This document shows, piece by piece, positions 54,175-64,000 of a DNA stretch of 64,000 bases. The notes below the pieces were generated by a model that saw only the letters and a list, made by a program, of their open reading frames with translations, ran no database searches and was not told where the DNA came from. How positions within the stretch are numbered: the stretch's first letter is position 1; each line of letters starts with the position of its first letter. The stretch comes from Aureliella sp. (lineage in GTDB: Bacteria > Planctomycetota > Planctomycetia > Pirellulales > Pirellulaceae): positions 1 to 64,000 of the forward strand of contig OY829846.1 of the NCBI GenBank assembly GCA_963691875.1. Direction: 5' to 3'. The translations under genes were made by a program, and so were the position numbers.

Positions 54175-57100
54175 TCAACCCGGCCAGTGCTGCTTTCGGT
54201 CCCACCAGAGTTGGAAACGCTGGAGGTCGTTGCTAATCATCTGCAGCGGGCGATTGTGTTTCCGGCCAACCTGGCGGCATAGCACATGGAACAAAGTTGC
54301 TTCGTAGTTTTCCGGCTGCTTAAAGTTCTCGGCGAAGAAACGTTCCAAGCTCGCTAGGCTTCCGGTGTCTTGCGCCTCTAAAGCTAGCGAGATCATTTCA
54401 AGCATTCCCTGGCAACCGGTCTGAACTGATCCTCGATCAATCTGCATCAAGTACCGGGTGACGGATTGGAAGTCGTTCTGTAGGGCTGCGCAGACAACCC
54501 GAAAGGCCATGAAATCGGGATGCTGTGTTTGATGATTGGCTTCAGCGAAGTCGATGATTGCCTGAGCCGAAGTTAGATTAATTCTCAGGGTGAAAGCGGC
54601 CAAGCCAGCAGACAGTGAATCGGAGGTCGGATTGGGGACCTCCGCGAATCGCTTGGCAAGGACCTTCGCCAGGTCATATCTTCCAATCATGAGACTGGTC
54701 CTAATCGCTCCAGCCCAGCACTTGTCGCTGCGAACAAGATCTTCCGTTCGACTCTTGATGATCTTTTCAATGCAGTCGAACAATTGGGCACTTGTCGCCA
54801 GTTCGCTGAAGTCTACGCCGTCTAAGGCACTCCAGCAGAACTTGATCGCTTCGCGCCAGCCACGTGAGAAGTGAATCTTCAGCAGCAGCTCGAAGGTACC
54901 TGTTGGTCCGTATGAATTCATAGCCAGGGCGGCCCAGCAGTTTGCCATTAGTCGCGAGGCGCGACCAAGCTGCAGTTCTTCTTGCGCCAACTTCAGAACG
55001 TATTCCCGTTCTTTTTGGGTGAATCGGCTATCGCATCGTAAGATTGCATCTAAACATTCATCTTCGTCTGGCGGCTCACGCAGGAGCTGCTCGACTCGAT
55101 TCGATCCACGACGAGAAACGGCTATCAAGAGCGAAGTTTCCCAAACTAAAACGTCACTAACTCTGCCGGTTGAGGTTTCGATCAGTTGCTCCGCCGCATC
55201 CCATCGCCCGGCTTCTGATAGAATCAAGAACAGCTGGAAGACACCATATTCATAGCCTGGATTGATCTGAATCGCCGCTCGCAGACATTCCTCTGCTTCC
55301 TCCCAGCACTCTTGCCTCTGAAGTTTGGCGAAGCGGTAGCCCAGAGCGACCTCGCTATCAGGTGCGATGGAATACAGCATGTCTGCCGCTTCTGAGAACA
55401 AGGCTTCTTCTTCCGCCACTTCCGCCATGTCTGCGAGTCGCGACCAGTGCGCTGGCACTTTGCAATCTTTGTAGATGGTATCGTAGAGCCATCGGCAGGC
55501 TTCGGATTGTCTCCCGTGTGCAAAGAGGAGCTCTGCTCCATAGCACTGCAGCTCCATTGCATCCTTTGCTGGTAGACCTTCGGGCTTACATGCCTCAAGT
55601 GCCGCGTCCATTTGATCTGTTCTGGCGAGAGAAGCCGCCAATGTCTGATAGGCCGGCAAGTAAGTCGCATCGAATTTGAGGGCTTGCTCTATCGTTTCCC
55701 GGCAATTGGTTTCTTGTCCCATGGATGCAAAGGCATCGGCTCGCCGTACGTGCGCTGCGACGTCACGTTGATTGCGTTCAAGCAACTCCGCAGTGACTTC
55801 AAGTCGCAGTATGGCGTCTCCACTGCCTTCGATTTCCTCCAGGTATTCCCAAGGAGCATCCCAGCGCGGCGCATTGAAAGCAGCTTTGCTCGCCATGCGA
55901 ACCATCGACTCTTCCGACTCACTCAACTTTGCGAAACTCAGCAACAAGCGAGGATCATTGGGATTGCCAGCTAGTGCACGCTCAAGCACCTCGCGGCTTT
56001 CGTTCAGTTGTTCAACTTGAGTGAGCGCGTAGACCAATCGTTGAGCGACTTCTACCGAATTGGGATCGAGATAAAACGCACGGTGGTACGCTTCGATTGC
56101 TTTTTTAAGCTGTTTGTCCTCGATCAACGCCACACCCAGCTCGGACCAGTACTCGGCCAGCATGCCGAAGCGTTCTTCTTCGGCCCGAATCGCTGCAATA
56201 GCTTCTTTGTGACGTCGATGATCTTGCAGAAACTCAGAAAGAAGATTGAGGATCTGAAGCATGTTGGGCCATCGTTTCCTTAGGAACAGCAGCGATTGTT
56301 CCATCGCCTCCGAATCTAGGATCCAACGGGCTTCATCAAAGAATGTTCGCAGGCCATCGCCGTTGAGCGATTGCGTCGCCAACTCCTTCATTAGAAAACG
56401 CATGACCTCCCTTCTCTCGTCCTCGTTATTGCAAATACTAAGCCATCGACGAATTGCATACGGAGAGTCGACATCTAGTGCCAAGCCTGCTTGATAGTCT
56501 TGTTTTGCCTCTTTCGGATGCCCCAGCGCGACATACACATCCGCGCGAGTCTGGTAGGAGTAGACATTCTGTTCGCAATGCAATGCCTTGGCCGCGTCCT
56601 CCAAAGCTTGTTCAGGTTCGTTCCACTGAAGGAACAGCAAAGCCCGTTCTCTCCAGGCCCAGCCATGCGATGAATCCGCATGCAGGACACGATTAATGAA
56701 CTCGTGCCCACGCTCCAACTCTCCAACTTGGATCAGCCACGATGCCGTCTCAGACAGGACGCCAACGTTGTCTGGATTTCGCTCAGCTAGTTCAGACAGG
56801 TAACGGATGGTAGCCTGCAGACCTACCACCTCAGAAGTCAATCTCGTGATTGGCTGCATGCACAAGCACTCGTCTGCCCCAAGTTTGATGGCTTGATGCC
56901 AAAGGTCTAGAGCCTCCTCGAGGCGCCCTTCCACTTCAGCCAGCTGGGCCAGAGTTCGGTGGTGGCTGATTTCAGGCAGCGGAATCTTGGCGCTGTCAAG
57001 GAGCTTCCGGCCAGATGGAGCGTCTTCGAGAAAGCCAATCTGCATCGCGGCTTCACAAATCAGTTCGCCATCTTCGGGCCGTTTGGCAACTGCTTCTCTA

Positions 57101-59241
57101 AGTACTTTCGCAGCTTCTTCAATTTGCAAGTTTACGCTGAGGGCTCGGGCGTAAAGCAGACCAGGATCCGAGTTCAAATGTCCGAACTCGTGAAATCGTT
57201 CGCGTAGGATTTCAATTACTTCGCTGCTTCGCCCAAAACGCTCCGACGCTTGCAACAGTCGCCCCATGACATTGCCGCTTGCTGGGGAAGCACAGGAGGC
57301 GAGTCGCAAAAGCTCAAATCCGTTTTCGAACTCTCCCGTCTGTTCCAGATGGTATGCCGAACGTAGTAAGGCGCTTTCTTGCGACGGTGCCCAGGTTAGA
57401 ACTTTCCGAAGGAGCTCTTGCATTTCATCCGAGCAATCGTCGCCAAGCAAGCTGATCAGTTGTAGGTGGCTTGCGAGGCCAGCTTCTCGACTGTCAATTC
57501 TGCTCCTCAGCACTTGAATGGAATGATCGGTCTTGCCGAGGCGAATCAGTTCATCAGCCATCCGCATGAACAATGCTTCGGATTTTGGATACTGTTCGCA
57601 GAGGGCCGTTAGGGCAGCAAGACGATTGGCAGCGTTATTTTCGTGGCAGGCTACAAGCCATGCTCCCCAGTATGTCAGCCGGTGCTCTGCATCCCACGAT
57701 TGAAGCTTGCTGAGCATGCGTTTGGCGGAGCTGCTGTTGTGTGCCCGAAGAGCTATCTCCATGCGATACAGCCATTCGTACTGTTCCGCTTCGGGTAAAT
57801 CGATGTTATTGAGCAGATGAGCTTTCTCTTTGGGAACAAGTACCAAAGCACGTGGGCCGCACCACTGATAATTCTCTAATAGCTCGGCAAATTGGCCTTG
57901 AGCGACGAACCAAGAACTCGGGTCTTGAATCAAGACCGTTCCACGTTGGCGATCGTAGCCGCAGATCACTTGAATGTGTGCCGAGTCGGGTTCGATCGTA
58001 GTTAGCGCGAAGGGGATTTCGGCATCGATTAGTAGCTGTGTCGCGTCTTGAGTGCAGCGGAACTCTCTAGCGACAAAACCGTTGGCTTCTGCCCATAAGC
58101 GCTGATCAACTGCAGAGGTGCCTTCGTAGCAGATCTCATTTGCGATTTCGTCATGATTTATTGAAGCTTGCCAGTAGCCTGCGAGCATGGATAGCGTTGC
58201 GGGCGCGCAGGTCATATGATCCTGACGCTGAAACGGAATCTTAAGCTCTCTGCGTTTGGGTTCGTCGGTGAAATCCTCTAGGTGCTTCGCTAATCGGTCA
58301 TAGTACGGACGCCGAACTCGGCGAGCTTCTTTGACGCAGAGTTTGAGCTTGCCGAGATGATAGAGGACTTCGGATCGCTCACTGGCGATGTCCGCGTGAA
58401 AGCTTCCAGGCTTGGGGAGACCTTGTCGAAGGGGATCAGCCAAGGGGAAATATTGCTCGATGCCGCGCAGCAACCGCACGGAATTTTCGTATTGCTCACG
58501 CTGGGTGTATAAAGCAACCAATTGCGTTGCGACTCCTCCGTACTGCGTGATTGGAAGGTGAGATTCGAGTAGCTCTACTGCCTCATCGACTCGGTTTGCT
58601 TGTGTCATGATCGAGGCCAATCCACTAGCGACAACGCTGCATAGGGGCAGGCTCTCGTGTAGGTGCGTGTTTAGCTCGAGTGCTTCGTCCATTTTGTCTT
58701 CCTGGAGTAGCAGCGAGATGCGATGGAGCTGCACGGAAGGGTTTTCCGGCGAAAGTTCGGTCGCATCAGCGAGAAGCGAATGAGCGGAGGAAAAGTCACG
58801 AAAAGCTCCACAAATCCCTGCCTTGAGTTGCAGCCAACCTGCCTGAAGACGTGGGAAGTCCACGTCAAGTTCTCGTTTTCTATACTCGAGCCATACTTCC
58901 GAGAGTGGGCGTGTATCGATTGCACGGGAGAATTGATAGTATCGCGCCTCGGCAGATTCGGGTGACATTCGGGTCACTCGATATGCGAGTACTTTGCCAA
59001 GCTGCCATCCGCCGAGGCGATTGGCAAGGGAGACAGCAAATCGCTGCCCTGTAAGCGTTGGCCAATGACTAACGTTGGAGCCGAAAGCCTGAATACCAAG
59101 ACCGTAACAATCTAGGTAATTGCATTCAGAGAGTAGTTCTTCCATTCGTGCGAAGACTTGGCCTGCACTTCGGTTGGGAATTCGAGCAGAAACATGTGGT
59201 TCTTCAAGCGAAAAGACATTCTTTTCAAGCGTTTGATTCAT
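54175..59241 (-). CDS. Very large TPR-repeat protein with C39-like cysteine peptidase domain
   Basis: IPFQRQDHMTCAPATL (Q..C), SAHIQVICGYD (H), LIQDPS (D), flanked by many TPR-like helical repeats. Start uncertain. Confidence 0.88.
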   Translation of the reverse strand: MNQTLEKNVFSLEEPHVSARIPNRSAGQVFARMEELLSECNYLDCYGLGIQAFGSNVSHWPTLTGQRFAVSLANRLGGWQLGKVLAYRVTRMSPESAEARYYQFSRAIDTRPLSEVWLEYRKRELDVDFPRLQAGWLQLKAGICGAFRDFSSAHSLLADATELSPENPSVQLHRISLLLQEDKMDEALELNTHLHESLPLCSVVASGLASIMTQANRVDEAVELLESHLPITQYGGVATQLVALYTQREQYENSVRLLRGIEQYFPLADPLRQGLPKPGSFHADIASERSEVLYHLGKLKLCVKEARRVRRPYYDRLAKHLEDFTDEPKRRELKIPFQRQDHMTCAPATLSMLAGYWQASINHDEIANEICYEGTSAVDQRLWAEANGFVAREFRCTQDATQLLIDAEIPFALTTIEPDSAHIQVICGYDRQRGTVLIQDPSSWFVAQGQFAELLENYQWCGPRALVLVPKEKAHLLNNIDLPEAEQYEWLYRMEIALRAHNSSSAKRMLSKLQSWDAEHRLTYWGAWLVACHENNAANRLAALTALCEQYPKSEALFMRMADELIRLGKTDHSIQVLRSRIDSREAGLASHLQLISLLGDDCSDEMQELLRKVLTWAPSQESALLRSAYHLEQTGEFENGFELLRLASCASPASGNVMGRLLQASERFGRSSEVIEILRERFHEFGHLNSDPGLLYARALSVNLQIEEAAKVLREAVAKRPEDGELICEAAMQIGFLEDAPSGRKLLDSAKIPLPEISHHRTLAQLAEVEGRLEEALDLWHQAIKLGADECLCMQPITRLTSEVVGLQATIRYLSELAERNPDNVGVLSETASWLIQVGELERGHEFINRVLHADSSHGWAWRERALLFLQWNEPEQALEDAAKALHCEQNVYSYQTRADVYVALGHPKEAKQDYQAGLALDVDSPYAIRRWLSICNNEDERREVMRFLMKELATQSLNGDGLRTFFDEARWILDSEAMEQSLLFLRKRWPNMLQILNLLSEFLQDHRRHKEAIAAIRAEEERFGMLAEYWSELGVALIEDKQLKKAIEAYHRAFYLDPNSVEVAQRLVYALTQVEQLNESREVLERALAGNPNDPRLLLSFAKLSESEESMVRMASKAAFNAPRWDAPWEYLEEIEGSGDAILRLEVTAELLERNQRDVAAHVRRADAFASMGQETNCRETIEQALKFDATYLPAYQTLAASLARTDQMDAALEACKPEGLPAKDAMELQCYGAELLFAHGRQSEACRWLYDTIYKDCKVPAHWSRLADMAEVAEEEALFSEAADMLYSIAPDSEVALGYRFAKLQRQECWEEAEECLRAAIQINPGYEYGVFQLFLILSEAGRWDAAEQLIETSTGRVSDVLVWETSLLIAVSRRGSNRVEQLLREPPDEDECLDAILRCDSRFTQKEREYVLKLAQEELQLGRASRLMANCWAALAMNSYGPTGTFELLLKIHFSRGWREAIKFCWSALDGVDFSELATSAQLFDCIEKIIKSRTEDLVRSDKCWAGAIRTSLMIGRYDLAKVLAKRFAEVPNPTSDSLSAGLAAFTLRINLTSAQAIIDFAEANHQTQHPDFMAFRVVCAALQNDFQSVTRYLMQIDRGSVQTGCQGMLEMISLALEAQDTGSLASLERFFAENFKQPENYEATLFHVLCRQVGRKHNRPLQMISNDLQRFQLWWDRKQHWPG

Positions 59242-59739
59242 GGCTTCGGCAATTGGCGATCCGGGGGCAGAAAAGTGCAATTGAGTTTCAGCAAGCTGGA
59301 TTCGGAACGGCTCGTCGGTCGAACTCGTTTGGGGAATTCAGCCAACTAGCTAGTCAAGTGGCCAGTCGGGTGAGCGGGCATTTTTCTTAGAAGGACTGGC
59401 TTAGATGTATAGGTCACCCGCAGAATCCGAATGCGGGTATCACACTCATTTGCTCAGTATGAGCACTTTGACTCACCAAAGTCTCCGAATAACCGATTCA
59501 GCTGGCCGTTATCGGGCGGCTTCCTACCATCGCAGTCACTGGCCAAAGAAAGTTTCAACTTGTGAGGATCCCCGAATTGGTCGCGTCCTTGCTAATCCTG
59601 TGGATTGGTCGGCAATCTGTAGGTGTCGTTATATTGTTTGTTTAGGAGAGTTAGTTCGACAATGCCGCCCCTCGTTCATAGTACGTGGTCGATCCTATTT
59701 TCCGATTCTCATCGCCGAACTCGACTCAAAGGAACTTCT

Positions 59740-60360
59740 TGTGTTCTGACGTCACTTCCTCTACTTGGCACTGTTGGCTTATTTCATGCATCAGACAACG
59801 CGAGCAAGAAACTTCATGATGGAACCAAGGCCCTGCAGTAGAAGCGGATCTTGCGGAGCAGGATTCTCCGGCGCGTACTCCTATGTTGGAATGTACTTAA
59901 AAGCCGGCGCGATCGTGCCCGTTCAACATGTGGTTGCGTCGCCCGTCGTTCTGAACACGGCAATGGTAGCTCCAACGCAGGTAGTTGTCACACTACCCAC
60001 CTGAGCCGCTAGTTAACCAAGCTGTTGCTTCTTCTTGTGCAGGAAGCGGATGCGCGACGACCGCAAATTACGGTGGAAGCTATGTCAGCAGCGGGGGCAG
60101 TACTCCTGTCATTCCTTCGGCAGATACCGTTTATTCAAACGCTCCTTATGTTGGGAGCGGCAATGCTACCGGTGCAGGGTATCGTGTTTTTATAGCGACT
60201 GGCAGTGTCTTCAGCTCAGGACGCGTGCCAGGATATCCTGTTCAAAATTGCCCAATGCGTCGCATTTTGGTGCCCTTGCTTCTAGTGCAGGTGTGGCCCC
60301 GCAGTTATGCGGGATGGCCGGGCTCAAAAAGAATGGAATCGCTGAGGAAGGCCTAACTTG
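59740..60360 (+). pseudogene. Remnant of a planctomycete Gly/Ser/Cys-rich secreted protein
   Basis: Low-complexity segments (SGSCGAG, SSCAGSGC, VPGYPVQN) are spread over different frames. Confidence 0.4.
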
Positions 60361-60433
60361 ATAGTGCATCGCGCTTGCATGAGTTCAAACGCAATTAGGA
60401 GCGATCCTCGATTGGGTTTTCGCTTGCATTGAG

Positions 60434-61477
60434 CTAAGGTAGAAAATCGATATGATCGGCGATAAGTCCTGCTTCCCGCATACGTGACCAGATTTCGACT
60501 GGAACCGCTGTCTGCAATGCGTTGATATGGCTTTCCACTCGATCCGCCCGGCTAGAACTTAGGGCGACCGCCGTTACGGCGGGATGAGCTTTGCCAAACC
60601 CGACGCCAACATCAAAAGCCGAGACCTCGAATTCCATGCAAAGCTGATGGAATCTGCCCCGCCAGTTGAGACGCCGAAGATCCTCTCCGCTGGTGAAATC
60701 AATCTTTCGATAGTCAAACAATTCTCCGCCGAGTAGAAAGCCGCCTTGGAAAAGAGCTGAATTGATAATGGCCACATTCTTAGCCGCAAGATGCCGCATG
60801 AAATCATCAAGCTCCTTGGGGTGACTCATGATCGTAAAGCTATTGGCGAGCATTACCCAATCAAAGGAGCAGGAGTGATCCAAGGCTTCGATGGCTCTCC
60901 AATTCTTTGCTCCCACTCCTACTGCAGCTACCCTGCCCTGCTCCTTGAGTTCCGAGAGTGCTTGGTAAGCTGCGACAAGGTCATCAAGGCGTTGCTTACG
61001 ATCGCGATCGTTTTGTGCAGCATCAAGATACTCATCTGGATCATGGACGGAAACGACTTGTGCCTCGCGTCCAAGTAGCTCGTTGCCTTCCTGCCAGCAG
61101 CGTAGAATGCCGTCGTAGCTGATGTCTTGTACCGCATCGTGCTCGAGGCCAAACCAGGCTCCGGGTTCAAATGTGGGCTCTGGGCCCTCAAGTGGTATCC
61201 TTCGCCACCCGAGCTTGTTGCTGATGATCGCCTGATCGGCCGGTATTCGTAATCGGTCGAGTTCTCGCCCGATCACTTCTAGCGAAAGTCCGGCGCCATA
61301 TTTTCCAGCCGAGTCCACAACGAATGGTGCAAGTCCGGAGTTTGCCCAGGCGTCGACGATTGCAGCCTTCTCTTTTTCTTCAACTTCACGAAAAAGATTT
61401 CCAAGGCTGGTTGCACCGAAGAATAGCGGTGGTACCTGTAGCCCAGTGTTTCCGAACGCGACGTTTCTAAGAGGCAT
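60434..61477 (-). CDS. Aldo/keto reductase, L-fucose (D-threo-aldose) 1-dehydrogenase-like
   Basis: G..SLGNLF, DSAGKYGAGLS, NKLG, SYDGILR, VHDPDE, LSELK..G.V..VGVG. Confidence 0.88.
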   Translation of the reverse strand: MPLRNVAFGNTGLQVPPLFFGATSLGNLFREVEEKEKAAIVDAWANSGLAPFVVDSAGKYGAGLSLEVIGRELDRLRIPADQAIISNKLGWRRIPLEGPEPTFEPGAWFGLEHDAVQDISYDGILRCWQEGNELLGREAQVVSVHDPDEYLDAAQNDRDRKQRLDDLVAAYQALSELKEQGRVAAVGVGAKNWRAIEALDHSCSFDWVMLANSFTIMSHPKELDDFMRHLAAKNVAIINSALFQGGFLLGGELFDYRKIDFTSGEDLRRLNWRGRFHQLCMEFEVSAFDVGVGFGKAHPAVTAVALSSSRADRVESHINALQTAVPVEIWSRMREAGLIADHIDFLP

Positions 61478-61532
61478 GATTGTTCTTGGTGAATTTGTGT
61501 ACCGTTTGGTCGAAGGAACTCTGGTTGCCCTC

Positions 61533-61560
61533 GTCGTAACAGCGCTTCGCTCGTTAGCGG
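61533..61560 (-). repeat. 28-nt hairpin repeat, family 3, copy 2
   Basis: Minus strand reads CCGCTAACGAGCGAAGCGCTGTTACGAC. Confidence 0.8.
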
Positions 61561-61582
61561 ACTATGGAGAAGCGAGACCCGC

Positions 61583-62419
61583 TCAAAGTTCGATTCGATA
61601 GGCAGCGGCCGCGTTGTTACCCCAGAAATCTTCCTGTTCGGAGCTAGTCAGCGTGTTGCTGAGGTCCTTCACCGCACCTATCCAGCGTCCGTAGTCGCTC
61701 TTCAGCAAGCAGACCGGCCAGTCGCTACCGTACATCAATCGCTTGCTACCAAAGGCCTCTAAGGCAACATCCCAGTAGGGCCTGATCGTCTCGATGCTCC
61801 AGTCTGCACCACGCACCTCGGTGACGACTCCGGAGAACTTGCAGGTGACATTCTCGCGACGAGCCAGTTCCTGCAGGCCGGCTTTCCATGACTCGTCAAA
61901 TTCGCTCGCAACAATTGTCGGCTTGGCGATATGATCGAGAACGAAGGCTTGATTCGGATGTTGATCGACGAAAGTAATCGTGTTCGTCAGGTGTTTGCCG
62001 AAAATCAAAATGTCATAGACGAGGCTGTATTTTTGCAGCATACTGACACCTCGATTGAAGTCAGTACCTAAAATAAAAGCATCATCAGGCTCATCCTGTA
62101 CCACGTGTCGAAGCGATTTTAGCTTGGCGTGCTGAGACCACTTTTCAATTTCAGGCTCCACGCTGGGATCTGCCAGGGGAAGCCAACCTACCACGGCAGG
62201 AATCATTACATTGTCGTTGGCGATTTCCAGCAGCCATCGTGTTTCTTCGACCGATTGCCGTGCCTGAACGGAAATCACCGCGTCGATGCCTGCTGGTTCG
62301 ATCTCCTGTAGAAGATCTCGTGGCCCAAAGTCGCGCCCCAACACCTCCATGCTTTCACCGATCCAGCCATATTCCTCGGCGGAGTAATTCCAAAAGTGGT
62401 GATGGCTGTCGATCCTCAT
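61583..62419 (-). CDS. Amidohydrolase family, L-fuconolactonase-like
   Basis: IDSHHHFW, VQA, RHVVQ.E, LDHIAKP, CKFSG, YGSDWPVC. Confidence 0.92.
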   Translation of the reverse strand: MRIDSHHHFWNYSAEEYGWIGESMEVLGRDFGPRDLLQEIEPAGIDAVISVQARQSVEETRWLLEIANDNVMIPAVVGWLPLADPSVEPEIEKWSQHAKLKSLRHVVQDEPDDAFILGTDFNRGVSMLQKYSLVYDILIFGKHLTNTITFVDQHPNQAFVLDHIAKPTIVASEFDESWKAGLQELARRENVTCKFSGVVTEVRGADWSIETIRPYWDVALEAFGSKRLMYGSDWPVCLLKSDYGRWIGAVKDLSNTLTSSEQEDFWGNNAAAAYRIEL

Positions 62420-62784
62420 GATTTTCACTCCAAGTTGACAAGCGATTTGTTGTTGCGCGGCAGGTATTCTACGCGCTGCGTGGACGGGCATGAAGTACCG
62501 GTCGCAATCGAGATCTGGGCCGCCCTAGCTTTTTGCTCGTGTTCATACTGACGACTCCCTTTGTACGTGCTTAAGGGCATGTGTTAATTCGATGGAGCGA
62601 ATTCGCATACCTACCGTCCAAGCAAGTGGCTCATCATGTCGATCCGTTTCTTATTTGTCGCCGTCGCTTAAGTTGTTTTGGCGATTGCAGGCTGAATTTG
62701 CAGCTGCAATTTGAGGTGTCGGCTCCGGCGCTAAAAGGTGTTCTTTAGGGGCTGCGGGTTTGGCTAGCTTTTGTTGGTGAACCC

Positions 62785-63958
62785 ATGGCACAACTGTTTG
62801 GGGTCGGCTTCACTGTGTTTTCTTTTAGCTGGTTGACTTTGCACCGCACTTATCCCATCAGGAGATTAATCGCTCCAGGGGTGTTGTACGAGTATTTGGC
62901 TAGTTCCGAAGAGATCTACTACGAGTTCGGTTTGACGGAAGACCGCTAATACGAGCAGATGGGCAGAACTGACAAGGAAGACGTTGGGAAGACGTTGCGC
63001 TCGATAGCTACTGTGACGTGACTTACAGTCCAAGAAAATACGCGGAACTTAGAAGCATCCATCGGAAACGCATCCGATATATAGCTAACTGCATCGCCTC
63101 GCCGGCTTTGGCTTGACCGATGGATTGCCTGACATCGCCATTTCACGTAGGAGACGACATGCGTTGGATGTGGTTGCAGATTGCCGAATGCGTGTCCGGT
63201 ACCTTTGCAAAACCTTCAAACTCGAACCTTCAACAAACGTTGGGTGACCTTCTCGTGTGTCAAACGGCATTTGTCTCAACATTGCTGCTAAAAACCTTGA
63301 ATGTGGAGTCGTACAGTACTGCCACCGCGAGTTTTGGCGGCAACATTGAGTCGCAGACTTGGGATAAACCATGAGCACCGGACTGCAGAAGCACTGCGAG
63401 TACCTCAAACGCAAGCGAGACGTTGGGCATCTTCTTCTCTTTTTGTGCTTTGGACTCCTTTAGATTACGACGGGCTTACTGAATTTACGTGGGCTGCAGA
63501 AAGAAAGCGGGTTGCATTTCTTGGGTCGATGACAGCTGAGGAGCGAGACGATGCACGAAGAGTTTGCCCTGACCGTTTGCTGCTAATCACCAGTGGTAGT
63601 GGTTTGACTATGCATGGGGGGAGTAGCTTCAACAGTTTTATTGCTGTCATCATGCAGATCCGAGCCTCGCCTTGACACCCGTGCGGAAACGACGATTGAG
63701 AGGGAAGCGGTTGTGCATATATTCTTTCGCGACGAGATGGTAGTGAAGGATTCCGGGCTAACGACGCCAGCTCATCATAAACAACTCCTACTCATTGACT
63801 TGCCGCATAAGCGACCGGCCGCGGTAGTGGTTTCAGAGTTCGAAATAATGGACTGGAAACGATGGACTGCGGTACGCGACAGCGACATGGTGTCTGCCGT
63901 TCATAGTGGTCATCCCCACGATGGCGACAATCCTCTTACAGCAGTGCTTGAAGGCTAG
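62785..63958 (+). pseudogene. Heavily degraded coding remnant(s)
   Basis: About 1.2 kb of short, staggered plus-strand ORF fragments with protein-like patches and many stops. Family not recognised. Confidence 0.3.
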
Positions 63959-64000
63959 GTGAACACTTTAGACGTAGCCGTGCAAGCGTTCTGTTGAGTA

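Noticed and set aside
1..64000. CRISPR array, tRNA/rRNA, intact IS or prophage genes; numerous antisense ORFs in the track
   Set aside because: No regularly spaced direct repeats, cloverleaf or transposase/phage motifs were seen by eye. The antisense ORFs overlap well-supported genes and are treated as shadows.

Overview
64 kb of chromosome from a planctomycete, most likely Pirellulaceae-like. The assignment is inferred from two DUF1549/DUF1553 cytochrome-c proteins, DUF1501, a PVC-type heme protein, three sulfatases and Pirellula-type palindromic repeats. The window holds polysaccharide and sialic-acid catabolic genes (sulfatases, a BNR glycoside hydrolase, a sialidase-like protein, sialate O-acetylesterase, an L-fucose dehydrogenase/lactonase-like pair). 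It also holds a housekeeping block (lepA, cdsA-phoH-7TM/HD-ybeY-CBS/CorC), a very large TPR/C39-like peptidase, many decayed accessory genes and several families of degenerate REP-like repeats. The most notable signal is at 2629-3681 (-). Two ORFs there are one reading frame, joined through an in-frame TGA at the active-site Cys position of a thioredoxin-like fold. The TGA is followed by a hairpin matching the bacterial SECIS pattern, so this is a candidate unannotated, exported selenoprotein with an unusual C-x7-U arrangement. No rRNA, tRNA, CRISPR array or intact transposase was seen. All family assignments come from motif recognition by eye, not database searches.
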